A DNA stretch of 64,000 nucleotides from Patescibacteria group bacterium (GCA_013815345.1 JACDGK010000002.1:35399-99398); one strand, 5' to 3'. Shown: positions 1 through 9,510, numbered from the stretch's first letter. Numbers and translations are program-made. The notes: generated by a model from the letters alone, not told the origin.

Positions 1-231
1 CCAAATACGTTTTCCTGAATTATAACGACGACCTTTCACAGTGCACTCCAAGCGTTAAAGAATTTCTCCAGCATACAAAGGAATCTGCTGCGAAGTTACC
101 TCAATAGGCGACTAGACGAGAGATATATCTTAGTTTCTAAAATATTACACACACATACTTCATAATCAGCTCATCTAAACTTCGCTAAAATGAAAACATT
201 ATTGGCGAGCATTAATAATAGATAGATAAAT

Positions 232-918
232 ATGAGCAAAAGAAAATTGTATGCTGCTGGAGGTGTGCTAGTCGCTCTTTTCGCCTTCGGCGGAATTGCG
301 GCTGCAGCAGGCGTAGGCCCTTCGTTGGCCGACGCTGTGCAGAAACTTATTAGCAGTCCGGAAAGTAAAGTTGCAGTAGTCGATCAACGCACAGGTTGTG
401 GCAGTGCAACTTCCACTGATTGCGCGACGATCAGGACATCACAACCGGCTGAACAGCCTGCTGAGGAGCGCTCCACCGCAACGTCTTATACGGAAGTGGC
501 TTCCACTAAACAGTCAGGAAAGATCGATGATCACCTGACGGTGGACAATACGCTTAAAGATATATCTTTTTGCGGTGATTTGAAATTAAGGACTCGACAA
601 ATTCTCGTTAATGGAATGGATGTCGGCCAACGCATAGCGCAGCTTGCGTCGGATGATCAGATGGGGAAACTTCCTAACGGTGACTCGATTGGTCAGGGTA
701 TGTGCAACAGCATGCCTCATAACATTTCCTACACGAAAGGCATTCTGCAAATGCCCGACGTGACCACGTTCAAATCTGAGGATTCACGGGACACTGGAGA
801 AAACTATAAAGTAGTCGTCGGAACTGAAGCCTTCACTGTAAATCCAGCCACGAACGAAATCTTCAGCATCAGCGCCTATGACGGCAGCACATTAACAGCG
901 GTCGGTAACCTCAAATAA
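232..918 (+). CDS. hypothetical membrane-anchored/secreted protein (N-terminal hydrophobic helix)
   Basis: 228-aa ORF; N-terminus LYAAGGVLVALFAFGGIAAAAG is a TM/signal segment; no recognised catalytic motifs. Confidence 0.45.
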   Translation: MSKRKLYAAGGVLVALFAFGGIAAAAGVGPSLADAVQKLISSPESKVAVVDQRTGCGSATSTDCATIRTSQPAEQPAEERSTATSYTEVASTKQSGKIDDHLTVDNTLKDISFCGDLKLRTRQILVNGMDVGQRIAQLASDDQMGKLPNGDSIGQGMCNSMPHNISYTKGILQMPDVTTFKSEDSRDTGENYKVVVGTEAFTVNPATNEIFSISAYDGSTLTAVGNLK

Positions 919-922
919 GAGT

Positions 923-2074
923 ATGAAAACGAAACATCAAATGCGACAAGTCGCAACTTTCGCTCTCGGACTCTTCTTTTTTGCCTCTCCGCTGTTCGCG
1001 AGCGCTGCAACCACGGCCGTAAAACCAGGGCCGTTTCCAGACGGAATGAGTACTTGGTATGGAAGCGTGTACAACACTTCTTCTCAACATGACGATAAAT
1101 TACAGGTTGGAGGCTGGGGAGATGAATACGATTCTCTCGTCCGCTTCAATCTAAGCGCTCTTCCTGTGACTGCCACACAAGCAGTTGTTTGGCTTTATGC
1201 CTATCCCCGAGGCGACGCATCTACCCCGGTAAACATTGAGTGGTACCGGAACACTACGCAATGGCACACTGGTTCGGTCAGCTGGAGCACAAAACCATCG
1301 GGAAATGATCTCGGGTATACCAATGCGCCAACGACAATTCCTGGCTGGTATGGTGTTGACTTCACCTCACTCTACAATTCATGGAGAAGCGGCTCTTCGC
1401 CTAACTATGGTCTTGCACTCAAGCCTCTTGCTAACAACAATCGCTTCGATATGTTCCGTGGTTCTGGCTATACGGCAGACACGACCCTAAGGCCGGAACT
1501 CGACGTAACATACAACACTTCAGGCACAGATAGCATTCCTCACTTCAAATGGCCTTTGTCATCGGTCGCGTACGCAAGTCGCTCGGTTACGCAAGCATTC
1601 GGAGCATTTCCTTGGGCTGGCGGTACCGAATGTCCTGTTGGCTATCAGAAATACCACAATGGTACGGACTACTCGACAGGCGGAGTCGGCGGAGCGACAG
1701 AATACGCTCCTGAAGACGGCATCGTGAAAGAAGTAACATTCGATAGTTCAGGTTGGGGTTACAACGTAGTGATGGAACACGTAACTCCTGGAGGCGGAAG
1801 CACATACACATCGGTCATCTGGCACATCTCGCCGAATTCTGATGTAACGGCTTCTAACCCTGGAGGCTTCATTCCAAAAGGCGCTCCTCTCGGCACAGTA
1901 GCTAGCCTCACCTACCCGAAAGTCTCGCACTTCCACTTCGGTATAAGAAGAGCTGCATATTCTTATCCGACATCGGGTGCGGGAGCGTTACCTCAGTCAA
2001 CATGCAGTAGCTATCTAGGCTATCCTGCGAGCTTCGTCGATCCTGAAAGCTCAAGCAACGTTATCTTCAACTAA
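923..2074 (+). CDS. secreted M23 (LytM-type) metallopeptidase with N-terminal DNRLRE-like domain
   Basis: Signal peptide (FALGLFFFASPLFASA); C-terminal M23 motifs HxxxD (YHNGTDYS) and HxH (SHFHFGI); N-terminal region ends in NNNRFDMFRG resembling the DNRLRE domain signature. Confidence 0.7.
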   Translation: MKTKHQMRQVATFALGLFFFASPLFASAATTAVKPGPFPDGMSTWYGSVYNTSSQHDDKLQVGGWGDEYDSLVRFNLSALPVTATQAVVWLYAYPRGDASTPVNIEWYRNTTQWHTGSVSWSTKPSGNDLGYTNAPTTIPGWYGVDFTSLYNSWRSGSSPNYGLALKPLANNNRFDMFRGSGYTADTTLRPELDVTYNTSGTDSIPHFKWPLSSVAYASRSVTQAFGAFPWAGGTECPVGYQKYHNGTDYSTGGVGGATEYAPEDGIVKEVTFDSSGWGYNVVMEHVTPGGGSTYTSVIWHISPNSDVTASNPGGFIPKGAPLGTVASLTYPKVSHFHFGIRRAAYSYPTSGAGALPQSTCSSYLGYPASFVDPESSSNVIFN

Positions 2075-2790
2075 ACTTTACCCTTTAAGAAAATATCCAC
2101 ATGCCGAGAGGCGCGTGGGTATTTTTGTATGCAGCCTTTGTTACGATTTGACTTAAGGCTAACAAGGGGGAGCCAGCCCTACCGTTTTATAATTTCTCTT
2201 CAAAACGGCGGGCTGGTTGTGTGCGAACGGGAGGGTGGGTCAAGCATATACAGATTAGCCTGCGCCTTAGCGCAGACCGCAGTGTATTGCGCCCCAGGTC
2301 GCCTTTTGATTACGGAGCAAGGGGCTTCAGTGTGAATACTTTGTTGCCCCTTGTGGAGTTTTCAAAAGGCGAACGCAAACCCAAGAACTTCCTTTCCTCT
2401 TTTTGCCTTTCGGCGGAGGGGTCGGGGGAGGAGCCGTGCAAAGAAATGGAAGGAAGTTTTTGGTTTGCCTGCGCGAGTCCGCGAGCGCGGCTGGGGCGTG
2501 TTCCAGTGCAATCGGAGTGTATGAAAGAATCTCAAGCCACCACGCACGCGGAGCGTGCGCATCAGTCGCTTCGCGACTGGAAATAGGTTCTAGCGGCGCG
2601 GTATACTCTCACCAATGCAATCCGCCCAAAGGCGGCTTTTGCATTGGTAACCCTAAGTAAAGCGCGGGGCGCTTTACGGCAGGAGTCGAAGACCTTGTGA
2701 GTATGAGATCAAGCATTCCTATGCGAAGGAATCATCCACAAGGTGTACTGTTCCTGTAAGGAAAGGCTCCCGTAGGGTCACAAATTTAAA
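2075..2790. other. unassigned GC-rich, hairpin-dense noncoding region between convergent genes (possible structured ncRNA)
   Basis: About 700 bp without credible ORF (only R/S-rich low-complexity translations); multiple strong hairpins (2184-2218 CCAGCCC...GGGCTGG; 2614-2650 CAATGCAATCCGCC...GGCGG..TGCATTG; 2660-2680 GTAAAGCGCGGGGCGCTTTAC); RNase P P4/CR-II and tmRNA T-arm/tag motifs looked for and not found. Confidence 0.3.
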
Positions 2791-2791
2791 G

Positions 2792-3316
2792 CTAATGTTT
2801 ACCCCTACCACGCCGCGTAGCAACTTTATTTTTAAACCATTCTTTTTGTCCGAGTAAATCAAGTACCGGAAAAACAAACGTCAAAACTATATCTGTCAGT
2901 GCTTCTTTCGGACGGGGGATACCCCAGCCGACGCAGTGGCGGAAACCTTTCCCTCGACAGAGCCATTGTGCACGAGGGTAATGCAGAAACGTAGAAATAA
3001 TTATCAATTCTGCGTCTTGCTCTTTTGCAAGTGATGAAGCAATTTCAATTTGCTCGCTTGTTTCTTTTGCTTGAGAAATATAGAGTACATCCTCACTCGG
3101 TATGCTCAGATCTTCAAGTGCCCATTGGTACCATTCTATTTCCGACAGCTCTCCAGCTGCCTGAAAAGAGCTGAGGATGAGTATCTTGGAGGGCTCATAC
3201 TTTTTTAATAAACTAAGGCATGTGTTAAGAGAACCGTACCAATCTTGCATCTGCGGTGGACCGATACGACCTCGAGGCCAAGGACTTTTCGTCAGCGGGA
3301 GAAGAATGTACGGCAT
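2792..3316 (-). CDS. hypothetical protein, possibly DUF218/YdcF-SanA-like
   Basis: 174-aa ORF with good coding character; family assignment is by weak recollection of fold-family length/pattern only. Confidence 0.4.
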   Translation of the reverse strand: MPYILLPLTKSPWPRGRIGPPQMQDWYGSLNTCLSLLKKYEPSKILILSSFQAAGELSEIEWYQWALEDLSIPSEDVLYISQAKETSEQIEIASSLAKEQDAELIIISTFLHYPRAQWLCRGKGFRHCVGWGIPRPKEALTDIVLTFVFPVLDLLGQKEWFKNKVATRRGRGKH

Positions 3317-3384
3317 TTAGGATAACGTTTATTGAGCACCAACTACTTGCATTTTACAATGAGAATGAAAATGCCAGGGTACAT

Positions 3385-4425
3385 TCAAGAATATATCGCA
3401 ACACCTGCTGCTTTGAAGAATACCTCTTCGGGCGTGAGTCCGCCATGACGTTTGCGCGGACGCGTGTTGATAAGGTGTTCAGCGCGGGCAAGCGCCTCGG
3501 TTGAGACCAATCGAAAGTCTGTCTTCTTTGGGAAGAACCGTCTGAGCAGTCCATTGGCGTTCTCGTTTGAGCCTCGCTCAAACGAGGAATATGGGTGGGC
3601 AAAATATACGAACACCCCAAGGGTTTCCTCAACCTCTTTCCACCGTATGTTCTCAGTACCGCGATCGCGGGTCAGAGTCTTGCGCACCTTTTGCGGAAGT
3701 ACGCTGAGCTTTTCAATGAGTGCGATGTCGCACTCAGCGGCAGTGCCGTCGTGTGTCTTTGCGAAGAACGTGACATCACTTTTGCGTTCAGTGGCACTCT
3801 TCACGCGTGCAGAAGACTGCCGCGACACGAGCGTGTCGTCTTTCCAGTCGCCAATACGAGAGCGGGACTCGACAACCCTCGGACGATCTTCGATTGAGGG
3901 GAGCGAAGCATGGCGAGCCAGTTTCCTGGCCTTGCGCATACCTTGTTTGGCGCGTACGACATGACGTCGTGCGAGCGTGCTGCGCAGGTCAGTTTCTCCA
4001 GGCAACACCGTCCCTCGTCCTTTTCGATGTACTCTGCGATATACCTCTTGGTATATCGCCTCAGTTGAGATGCGCATTGAAGAATCATTCGGATATTCGA
4101 TCAGCAGTCGCAGATGTACCTGCTCGGGAGACCAGCCGATTACGAGCTTCTCCTCGATGTACGCCCTGAGCGCTGGCGTGCGGCGCGTCTTCGCGGTGTT
4201 TCCACGCTTGTCGATGCGTTCACGTGCCTTTTCGTGTGCGCGCTCGGCTCGATATCGCCCCATGCCTTTGCGCGGTTTGCCATCAAGCTCGCGGGATATT
4301 GAGCCTTTGTTGCGACCCAATTCTTTCGCAATATCCGTCATTGACGTGCTGTCTGTGCACCACCTGACCTCAATCACGCTGCGTCCCCGCAGCGTGAAGG
4401 GGCTTCGCCCTTTGGTTTTTGCCAT
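3385..4425 (-). CDS. IS30 family DDE transposase
   Basis: 346 aa; N-terminal HTH (SMTDIAKELGRNKGSISREL); central IEDRP..VESRSRIGDWKDDTLV and DDE catalytic region typical of IS30 transposases; basic C-terminus. Confidence 0.85.
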   Translation of the reverse strand: MAKTKGRSPFTLRGRSVIEVRWCTDSTSMTDIAKELGRNKGSISRELDGKPRKGMGRYRAERAHEKARERIDKRGNTAKTRRTPALRAYIEEKLVIGWSPEQVHLRLLIEYPNDSSMRISTEAIYQEVYRRVHRKGRGTVLPGETDLRSTLARRHVVRAKQGMRKARKLARHASLPSIEDRPRVVESRSRIGDWKDDTLVSRQSSARVKSATERKSDVTFFAKTHDGTAAECDIALIEKLSVLPQKVRKTLTRDRGTENIRWKEVEETLGVFVYFAHPYSSFERGSNENANGLLRRFFPKKTDFRLVSTEALARAEHLINTRPRKRHGGLTPEEVFFKAAGVAIYS

Positions 4426-4472
4426 ATCTGATTAGCTTAAATGTCTAATCAGGTGTTGCAATTAATTCTGGA
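3385..4472 (-). mobile_element. IS30-family insertion sequence (single transposase ORF flanked by about 21-bp imperfect inverted repeats)
   Basis: IRs: 3387-3407 (aagaatatatcgcaacacctg) versus reverse complement of 4450-4470 (caggtgttgcaattaattctg), core 10/11 identical; encloses the transposase. Confidence 0.7.
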
Positions 4473-4568
4473 ACTGAGGCAGAACAAACTTGACTTATAT
4501 TCAATAAAGTGGTATATATTTACCTAGTCGTAACTGAACGACAGGTACAAAAATTTGAAGGAGTAAAC

Positions 4569-4805
4569 ATGTACCTTTCCGCCCATGAGCTCAATCCGAG
4601 CTCCACTGTTTCGCCCTGCTCCTTGAAGGCACCTCCCGGCAAATTCCGAGTCATCGCCACCGACCGGATCGATATCTGGGTGGCGCTTGACACGGATGAC
4701 CCTGTGCTGGCTCTCGATTACGTCTCGAAAAAGAGGCAGAACGCTCCGTATATGCGGGCATACGACGAGGGTGGTAATCGCCTGAGTCCCATCTGCGAGC
4801 TCTGA
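4569..4805 (+). CDS. small hypothetical protein (78 aa)
   Basis: ATG at 4569 preceded by AAGGAG RBS (4557-4562); followed by terminator hairpin. Confidence 0.4.
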   Translation: MYLSAHELNPSSTVSPCSLKAPPGKFRVIATDRIDIWVALDTDDPVLALDYVSKKRQNAPYMRAYDEGGNRLSPICEL

Positions 4806-4834
4806 TCCCTTTTCTCACGCCCTCAAAGAACAAC

Positions 4835-4861
4835 CCCAGACAATTTGGTCTGGGGTTTTGC
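4835..4861. terminator. bidirectional Rho-independent terminator
   Basis: ccccagac-aattt-ggtctgggg followed by TTTT; lies between convergent ORFs. Confidence 0.5.
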
Positions 4862-4923
4862 TATATAGTACTGTGGAGAAATAAAAAACCGACCTAGTCG
4901 TGGGCCGGTCTTGTTCTGAATCG

Positions 4924-5241
4924 TTACACATGTGTCTTTAGAAGAGATCTTGCTGCTGCGCGGCGAGTTTCGTCCGCTCTACCGCAACAAGTTTCAGATG
5001 TCTTTTTCGAGCGCGTGCCTTGTGCCTTCAGACCCAACTTCGCACGTACGGCCTTTTCAATATCGGTGACCTCAGGTAGCTCACGAGCCGACACGTTCTG
5101 ATAGTTAGTAATTCGAAACGTATTGATCTCGGTGGTCAGTTGAGCAAAATTCAACTTGTAGGAAATGTGGGCTTGACCCGCACTCGCATGTTTTCGGGCA
5201 AGATAGCGATTGAAGTCGTCTGCAACTTTTTCAGGAGTCAC
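4924..5241 (-). CDS. hypothetical protein
   Basis: 105-aa ORF, 9 nt downstream of preceding ORF (two-gene module); C-terminal third is low complexity. Confidence 0.35.
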   Translation of the reverse strand: MTPEKVADDFNRYLARKHASAGQAHISYKLNFAQLTTEINTFRITNYQNVSARELPEVTDIEKAVRAKLGLKAQGTRSKKTSETCCGRADETRRAAARSLLKTHV

Positions 5242-5250
5242 TCGATCCTC

Positions 5251-5508
5251 CTACTCGTGAATGTCGATAGGGAAGAACGTGCCGTCGCGCCATTCCATGT
5301 CGTCGCTTCGGGGAAGTTCAGCGAGATGCCTCCTTAAGACTTCATCGGTAGCTTTTACTTCCCGACGTTTAGCTGCGGTGGCGAAACCGCCTTTTTTGCC
5401 TGCTGCTTTCAGGTAGGAAATATTACCCTCGATTTTAGCCTGTTTGATTGGTTCGGGAGTTGCTCCCATCTCTTTTCCTCCTGCTTGATTGTGAGGGAAC
5501 TTTTCCAT
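5251..5508 (-). CDS. hypothetical protein
   Basis: 85-aa ORF, operonic with 4924..5241. Confidence 0.35.
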   Translation of the reverse strand: MEKFPHNQAGGKEMGATPEPIKQAKIEGNISYLKAAGKKGGFATAAKRREVKATDEVLRRHLAELPRSDDMEWRDGTFFPIDIHE

Positions 5509-5530
5509 AAATGATTATGCCACAATAAGC

Positions 5531-5986
5531 CTATACTAACAATGAATCCACGATTTTTTTCACCTCCGTACCATCTGCCTGACCCTTCAGATCTTTCATT
5601 ACGACGCCGATAAACTTTCCGGCTTCAGTTTTGGTGGTGACCCCCGTCTCCGCCATTTTTGCCCGGACTATTTTTTCAATCTCTTCTGGGCCCATTTGGG
5701 CAGGGAGATATGACTCGATGATTTCTAGCTCTTCTTTTTCAGGGATGGCGAGCTCTGGCCGGCCTCCTTTAGTGAATTGCTCGATGGAATCCTTGCGCTG
5801 ATTGGCGGCACGCTTGAGTACTGCAAGGGATTCTTCATCCGTGAGGAGCTCGTTTGGCTTACGTTTCTTACTGATGACTTCGTTGGTCATAAGCGTCGAG
5901 AGGGAGCGAAGGGTACGGAGGCGTGTCTCTTCGTGTGCTTTAAGCGCTTCAGGAATGCCTGCCTTAATGGATTCATGGATGGTCAT
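5531..5986 (-). CDS. yqeY: GatB/YqeY domain protein
   Basis: MTIHESIKAGIPEALKAHEETRL...GKFIGVVMKDLKGQADG matches YqeY family; start set at internal Met (5986) because the longer ORF overlaps rmuC upstream. Confidence 0.8.
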   Translation of the reverse strand: MTIHESIKAGIPEALKAHEETRLRTLRSLSTLMTNEVISKKRKPNELLTDEESLAVLKRAANQRKDSIEQFTKGGRPELAIPEKEELEIIESYLPAQMGPEEIEKIVRAKMAETGVTTKTEAGKFIGVVMKDLKGQADGTEVKKIVDSLLV

Positions 5987-6032
5987 ATAGAGGATTTTAT
6001 CATATGACGCTACTCGCGTTATAATAAGGCAA

Positions 6033-7109
6033 ATGAGCGGCATTTTTCTCATGGGTGCTATCATCCTTCTTTTGCTCATCGGGCAAGGGGTCATGCTTCG
6101 GCTTGTACTTAAAGGTCGCACAAAGATTGCCGAAGAAGAGCCGAAGCAAGACAGTGCGAGCTTCATGCTCCTTCAGAATCAAATGGAGAAGCTGGAACGT
6201 ACGCTCGATTCTCGCATGAATGAATCCTCGAAGCAGATGAACGACACGATGCGTGGACAGTTCGGTGATTCTGCACGTCTCATTAAGGAGATCACCACTG
6301 AGCTAACGTCAGTAAAAGAAATAGGCCGGCAAACGCAGACGTACGCGGAACAGCTCCAGTCATTACAGGATCTCCTCAAGAATCCCAAGCAGCGGGGCAT
6401 ACTCGGGGAATATTATCTCGAGACCGTTCTAAAGAACGTCATGTCGCCCCAGGATTATCACATTCAACATGCATTTAAGAATGGCGAGATTGTGGATGCG
6501 GTTATTGTCATTAATAAAAAACTGGTACCGGTGGACTCTAAGTTCTCCCTCGATAACTACAATCGCTTTGTCAGCGCGCACGTAGGAAGTCCGGAACGTG
6601 TGGCAGCAGAAAAAGCATTCGTTGCTGATCTTAAACTGCGTATTGCTGAGACGGCGAAATACATTCGCCCTGAAGAGGGAACCATGGATTTTGCTTTTAT
6701 GTTTATTCCGTCAGAAGGGATTTATTATGACTTACTTACGAACCAAGTCGGCGTCGCGGAGGAAGAAAATCTCATTCAGCGCGCAGCAGGGAAGTACAAA
6801 GTTATCATCGTTTCACCGACCTCATTTCTTGCATATCTTCAGACGGTTATGCAAGGTCTTAAAGCTATGGAAATCGAGCAGCGCGCAGGGGAAATTCAAA
6901 AGCACGTGGGAGAACTTGGCAAGCACATCGGTAGCTATGAGGATTACTACAAGAAACTTGGGAATGCTCTTGGCACTACCGTTTCGCATTACAACAGCGG
7001 GTACAAGGAGCTTGGAAAGATTGAGAAAGATGTATATCGCATAACAGAGTCAAAAATAGGCATCGAAGCCGAGCTTCTTGAAAAACCCGGTGCACTCGAG
7101 CTGGAATAA
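6033..7109 (+). CDS. rmuC: DNA recombination protein RmuC
   Basis: N-terminal TM helix, coiled coil, conserved GEYYLETVLKN and C-terminal RmuC nuclease-like region. Confidence 0.85.
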   Translation: MSGIFLMGAIILLLLIGQGVMLRLVLKGRTKIAEEEPKQDSASFMLLQNQMEKLERTLDSRMNESSKQMNDTMRGQFGDSARLIKEITTELTSVKEIGRQTQTYAEQLQSLQDLLKNPKQRGILGEYYLETVLKNVMSPQDYHIQHAFKNGEIVDAVIVINKKLVPVDSKFSLDNYNRFVSAHVGSPERVAAEKAFVADLKLRIAETAKYIRPEEGTMDFAFMFIPSEGIYYDLLTNQVGVAEEENLIQRAAGKYKVIIVSPTSFLAYLQTVMQGLKAMEIEQRAGEIQKHVGELGKHIGSYEDYYKKLGNALGTTVSHYNSGYKELGKIEKDVYRITESKIGIEAELLEKPGALELE

Positions 7110-7156
7110 CGACGCGACCTTGCAATTTGTTAAAAAACCTTTAGGATAGGCTCTAT

Positions 7157-7486
7157 ATGGAATACGCTGTTATCAAAACGGGAGGGAAGCAGTATGTCGT
7201 CAAGTCAGGCGACCTCGTGACTATCGAGAAGTTCATGGCTCCTGACGGCAATGACGTTAAAAAAGGTGATGCCGTAATCTTTACTGAGGTTCTCCTGAAA
7301 GACGACGGTGCAAAGGCTACGATCGGCTCTCCGATGGTAAAAGGTGCTACGGTCACGGGCACTGTTTCAATGGTGGGACGCGCAAAAAAGATTGACGTGG
7401 TTAAATACAAAGCAAAAAGCCGTTACCTCAAGCGTCGCGGACACCGACAGCCTTTTGTAAAAGTGAAGATCGACGCGATCTCGTAA
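7157..7486 (+). CDS. rplU: 50S ribosomal protein L21
   Basis: MEYAVIKTGGKQYVVKSGD... canonical L21 N-terminus. Confidence 0.9.
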   Translation: MEYAVIKTGGKQYVVKSGDLVTIEKFMAPDGNDVKKGDAVIFTEVLLKDDGAKATIGSPMVKGATVTGTVSMVGRAKKIDVVKYKAKSRYLKRRGHRQPFVKVKIDAIS

Positions 7487-7488
7487 AG

Positions 7489-7522
7489 AAAAGCTCCGCC
7501 TATGGCGGAGCTTTTCTTTTTT
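7489..7522 (+). terminator. Rho-independent terminator after rplU
   Basis: aaagctccgcc-tat-ggcggagcttt followed by TCTTTTTT. Confidence 0.6.
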
Positions 7523-7534
7523 ACCGATAGGTGG

Positions 7535-8137
7535 TTATGCCTCTTTGCGATTGATAAGAGCGCCTGAAAGCGTTTCAGCATCGGCGTATTCAAGCTCAGA
7601 ACCAGTTGCGAGCCCACGGCCGAGGGTGGAAAGGGTGACATGCTCTCGAAGTGGTTCGAGAATCTCGCGTACGCGATCTGCCGTGTGTTCTCCCTCACTG
7701 GTCGCCGAAAGTGCAAGCACGATTTCTTTGAGACCGTTTTTTATACGTCGATCGACTCGCTCAATGAGTTCTCTCTCACGAATCTGACCTTTGCCGGAAA
7801 GCGTGAGTACTCCACCAAGAATGAAGTATCGTCCTCGATACGCATTGGCGCGCTCGACGGCCGCAAGATCCTGATCTTTCTCTACAACCATTAAAAGGGA
7901 ATCGTCGCGAGAAGAATCGTTGCAGAAATTGCATAGCGTATTCGTGCCGCTCCAATAGCGAAGACATTCGGGACATTGCCGCACATCTGCCCCGAGCTGT
8001 TCTATGAGTTTAGAAAGTTTTGCCCGATCGCTTTGGGATACCGTGAGAAGATGATACACAAAGCGCTTCGCTTGCCGCGGGCCTATACCCGGAAAACGTT
8101 CAAACGCATGCGCAAGATCCTCTACGCGATCAGCCAT
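7535..8137 (-). CDS. recR: recombination protein RecR
   Basis: C4 zinc finger CPECLRYW...CNFC, Toprim region; 200 aa. Confidence 0.9.
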   Translation of the reverse strand: MADRVEDLAHAFERFPGIGPRQAKRFVYHLLTVSQSDRAKLSKLIEQLGADVRQCPECLRYWSGTNTLCNFCNDSSRDDSLLMVVEKDQDLAAVERANAYRGRYFILGGVLTLSGKGQIRERELIERVDRRIKNGLKEIVLALSATSEGEHTADRVREILEPLREHVTLSTLGRGLATGSELEYADAETLSGALINRKEA

Positions 8138-8139
8138 AA

Positions 8140-9498
8140 TTAAAATTCGTCAGCAAGCCCGCCGTAGCCGCTTTTATCAACCGACATGAAGGTCGCACGT
8201 TTTTCATCGAAGTAGAGCTCAGCGCGACCCGTAGGTCCGTTGCGATGTTTTTCGATAAGTATCTCGGCAATGTTTTGGCGGTCGCTGTCGGGGTTCCGTT
8301 TATCCTCGCGATGGATAAACATCACGACATCCGCATCTTGCTCGATCGATCCTGAGTCACGCAAGTCAGAAAGGCGAGGTTTACCGCCGCGCTGCTCAAC
8401 CGCGCGGGAAAGTTGCGAAAGGGCAAGAACCGGAACATTCAGCTCACGCGCAAGGGATTTCAGCGAACGAGAGATCTCCGTAACCTGTTGCACCATGGAG
8501 TCTGAATTTCGCGTATTGGTCGGCGCCATGAGCTGGAGATAGTCTACGACGATAAGACCAATTCCATGCTCCCGTTTTAGCCGGCGTGCCACCGCGCGCA
8601 TTGCAAGAATGTTATTTCCGGGTTTGTCATCAATATAGATAGGTGCCTTCGAGAGTATTTCAAGGGCGTCACGAATCTTTCCAAAGTCTTCTTCCGCGTG
8701 CACCGCTCCCGTACGAAGCTTCCAAGAATTTACAAATGACTCTGCCGAGAGCATGCGATCGACAATCTGTTCCGCACTCATTTCAAGTGAAAAAATGCCG
8801 ACCGGTACATTGTGCTTCACCGCCGCATGTCGAGCGATATCAAGGCCGAGTGAGGTCTTTCCAACAGAAGGACGTGCCGCAATAATAACAAGATCGGATG
8901 GATGAAGACCTGAAAGCAGGCTATCAAGTTCGGGAAAACCGGTTGGTACGCCGCGCACCGTACCTTCGTTTTTCGACATAGACTCGATGCGTTCCCAGGC
9001 GTCTTCAAGCTTATCTTTTATAGAAATGAATTTATGGGAAGCAGACGCATTCCCAATGGCATAAATAGTTTTTTCTGCGCTATCAAGGACTTCCACACTG
9101 TCTCTTCCGTCGTCATAGGCTGACTCGCTTATTTCATAGGCGGCGTCGATGAGTGATCGCATCACATGTTTACGAGAAACTAGATCGGCATAGTGTGGAA
9201 AATTTCCGGGTGAAGGCGCGCTTCCCGAAAGCTCAGCGATGTACGCACGTCCGCCGATACGTTCCAAAAGACCTTTATCGGAAAGTTTTTCTGAAAGCGA
9301 AAGAAGATCTATTGGTTCGCTTTTTTCCGAAAGCTCACGCATGCACTCGAAAATAAGGCGATGCTTTTCGGCGTAAAAAGAGTCAGGTCGTACGCTGTCA
9401 GCGACATCATGAATAGCATCTGGTTTAAGAAGCAGGGCACCGAGTAGTCCACGTTCGGACTCAAGACTTTGAGGAGGTATGCGGACTTTATCGGCCAT
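8140..9498 (-). CDS. dnaB: replicative DNA helicase DnaB
   Basis: Walker A ARPSVGKTSLGL, DnaB C-terminal RecA-like domain motifs; 452 aa, no intein. Confidence 0.9.
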   Translation of the reverse strand: MADKVRIPPQSLESERGLLGALLLKPDAIHDVADSVRPDSFYAEKHRLIFECMRELSEKSEPIDLLSLSEKLSDKGLLERIGGRAYIAELSGSAPSPGNFPHYADLVSRKHVMRSLIDAAYEISESAYDDGRDSVEVLDSAEKTIYAIGNASASHKFISIKDKLEDAWERIESMSKNEGTVRGVPTGFPELDSLLSGLHPSDLVIIAARPSVGKTSLGLDIARHAAVKHNVPVGIFSLEMSAEQIVDRMLSAESFVNSWKLRTGAVHAEEDFGKIRDALEILSKAPIYIDDKPGNNILAMRAVARRLKREHGIGLIVVDYLQLMAPTNTRNSDSMVQQVTEISRSLKSLARELNVPVLALSQLSRAVEQRGGKPRLSDLRDSGSIEQDADVVMFIHREDKRNPDSDRQNIAEILIEKHRNGPTGRAELYFDEKRATFMSVDKSGYGGLADEF

Positions 9499-9510
9499 CT
9501 ACCGATTGTA

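Noticed and set aside
1236-1936. ORFs 1236..1490(+), 1587..1811(-), 1748..1936(-) inside the M23 peptidase gene
   Set aside because: Alternative-frame or antisense ORFs fully inside a well-supported CDS; low-complexity translations.
2129-2660. ORFs 2129..2335, 2221..2586, 2362..2562, 2403..2660 in the GC-rich intergenic block
   Set aside because: Arg/Ser/Gly-rich translations typical of GC-rich noncoding DNA; mutually overlapping in different frames; no RBS context.
2740-2790. RNase P RNA P4-like string GGAAAGGCTCCCGTAGGG
   Set aside because: Only partial resemblance to GGAAAGUCCGGGCUCCAUAGGG; the remaining RNase P conserved regions are absent and a full-length RNA would overlap the downstream CDS.
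3452-4435. Multiple ORFs (3452..3964, 3595..3897, 3807..4169, 3977..4435 and others) overlapping the IS30 transposase
   Set aside because: Antisense or alternate-frame shadows of the transposase gene.
5987-6166. N-terminal 60-aa extension of the YqeY ORF (5531..6166)
   Set aside because: Extension overlaps the rmuC start and has no YqeY homology; internal Met at 5986 begins the conserved domain.
6598-7044. 148-aa ORF in alternate frame within rmuC
   Set aside because: Overlaps a strongly supported CDS; K/R/L-rich low-complexity.
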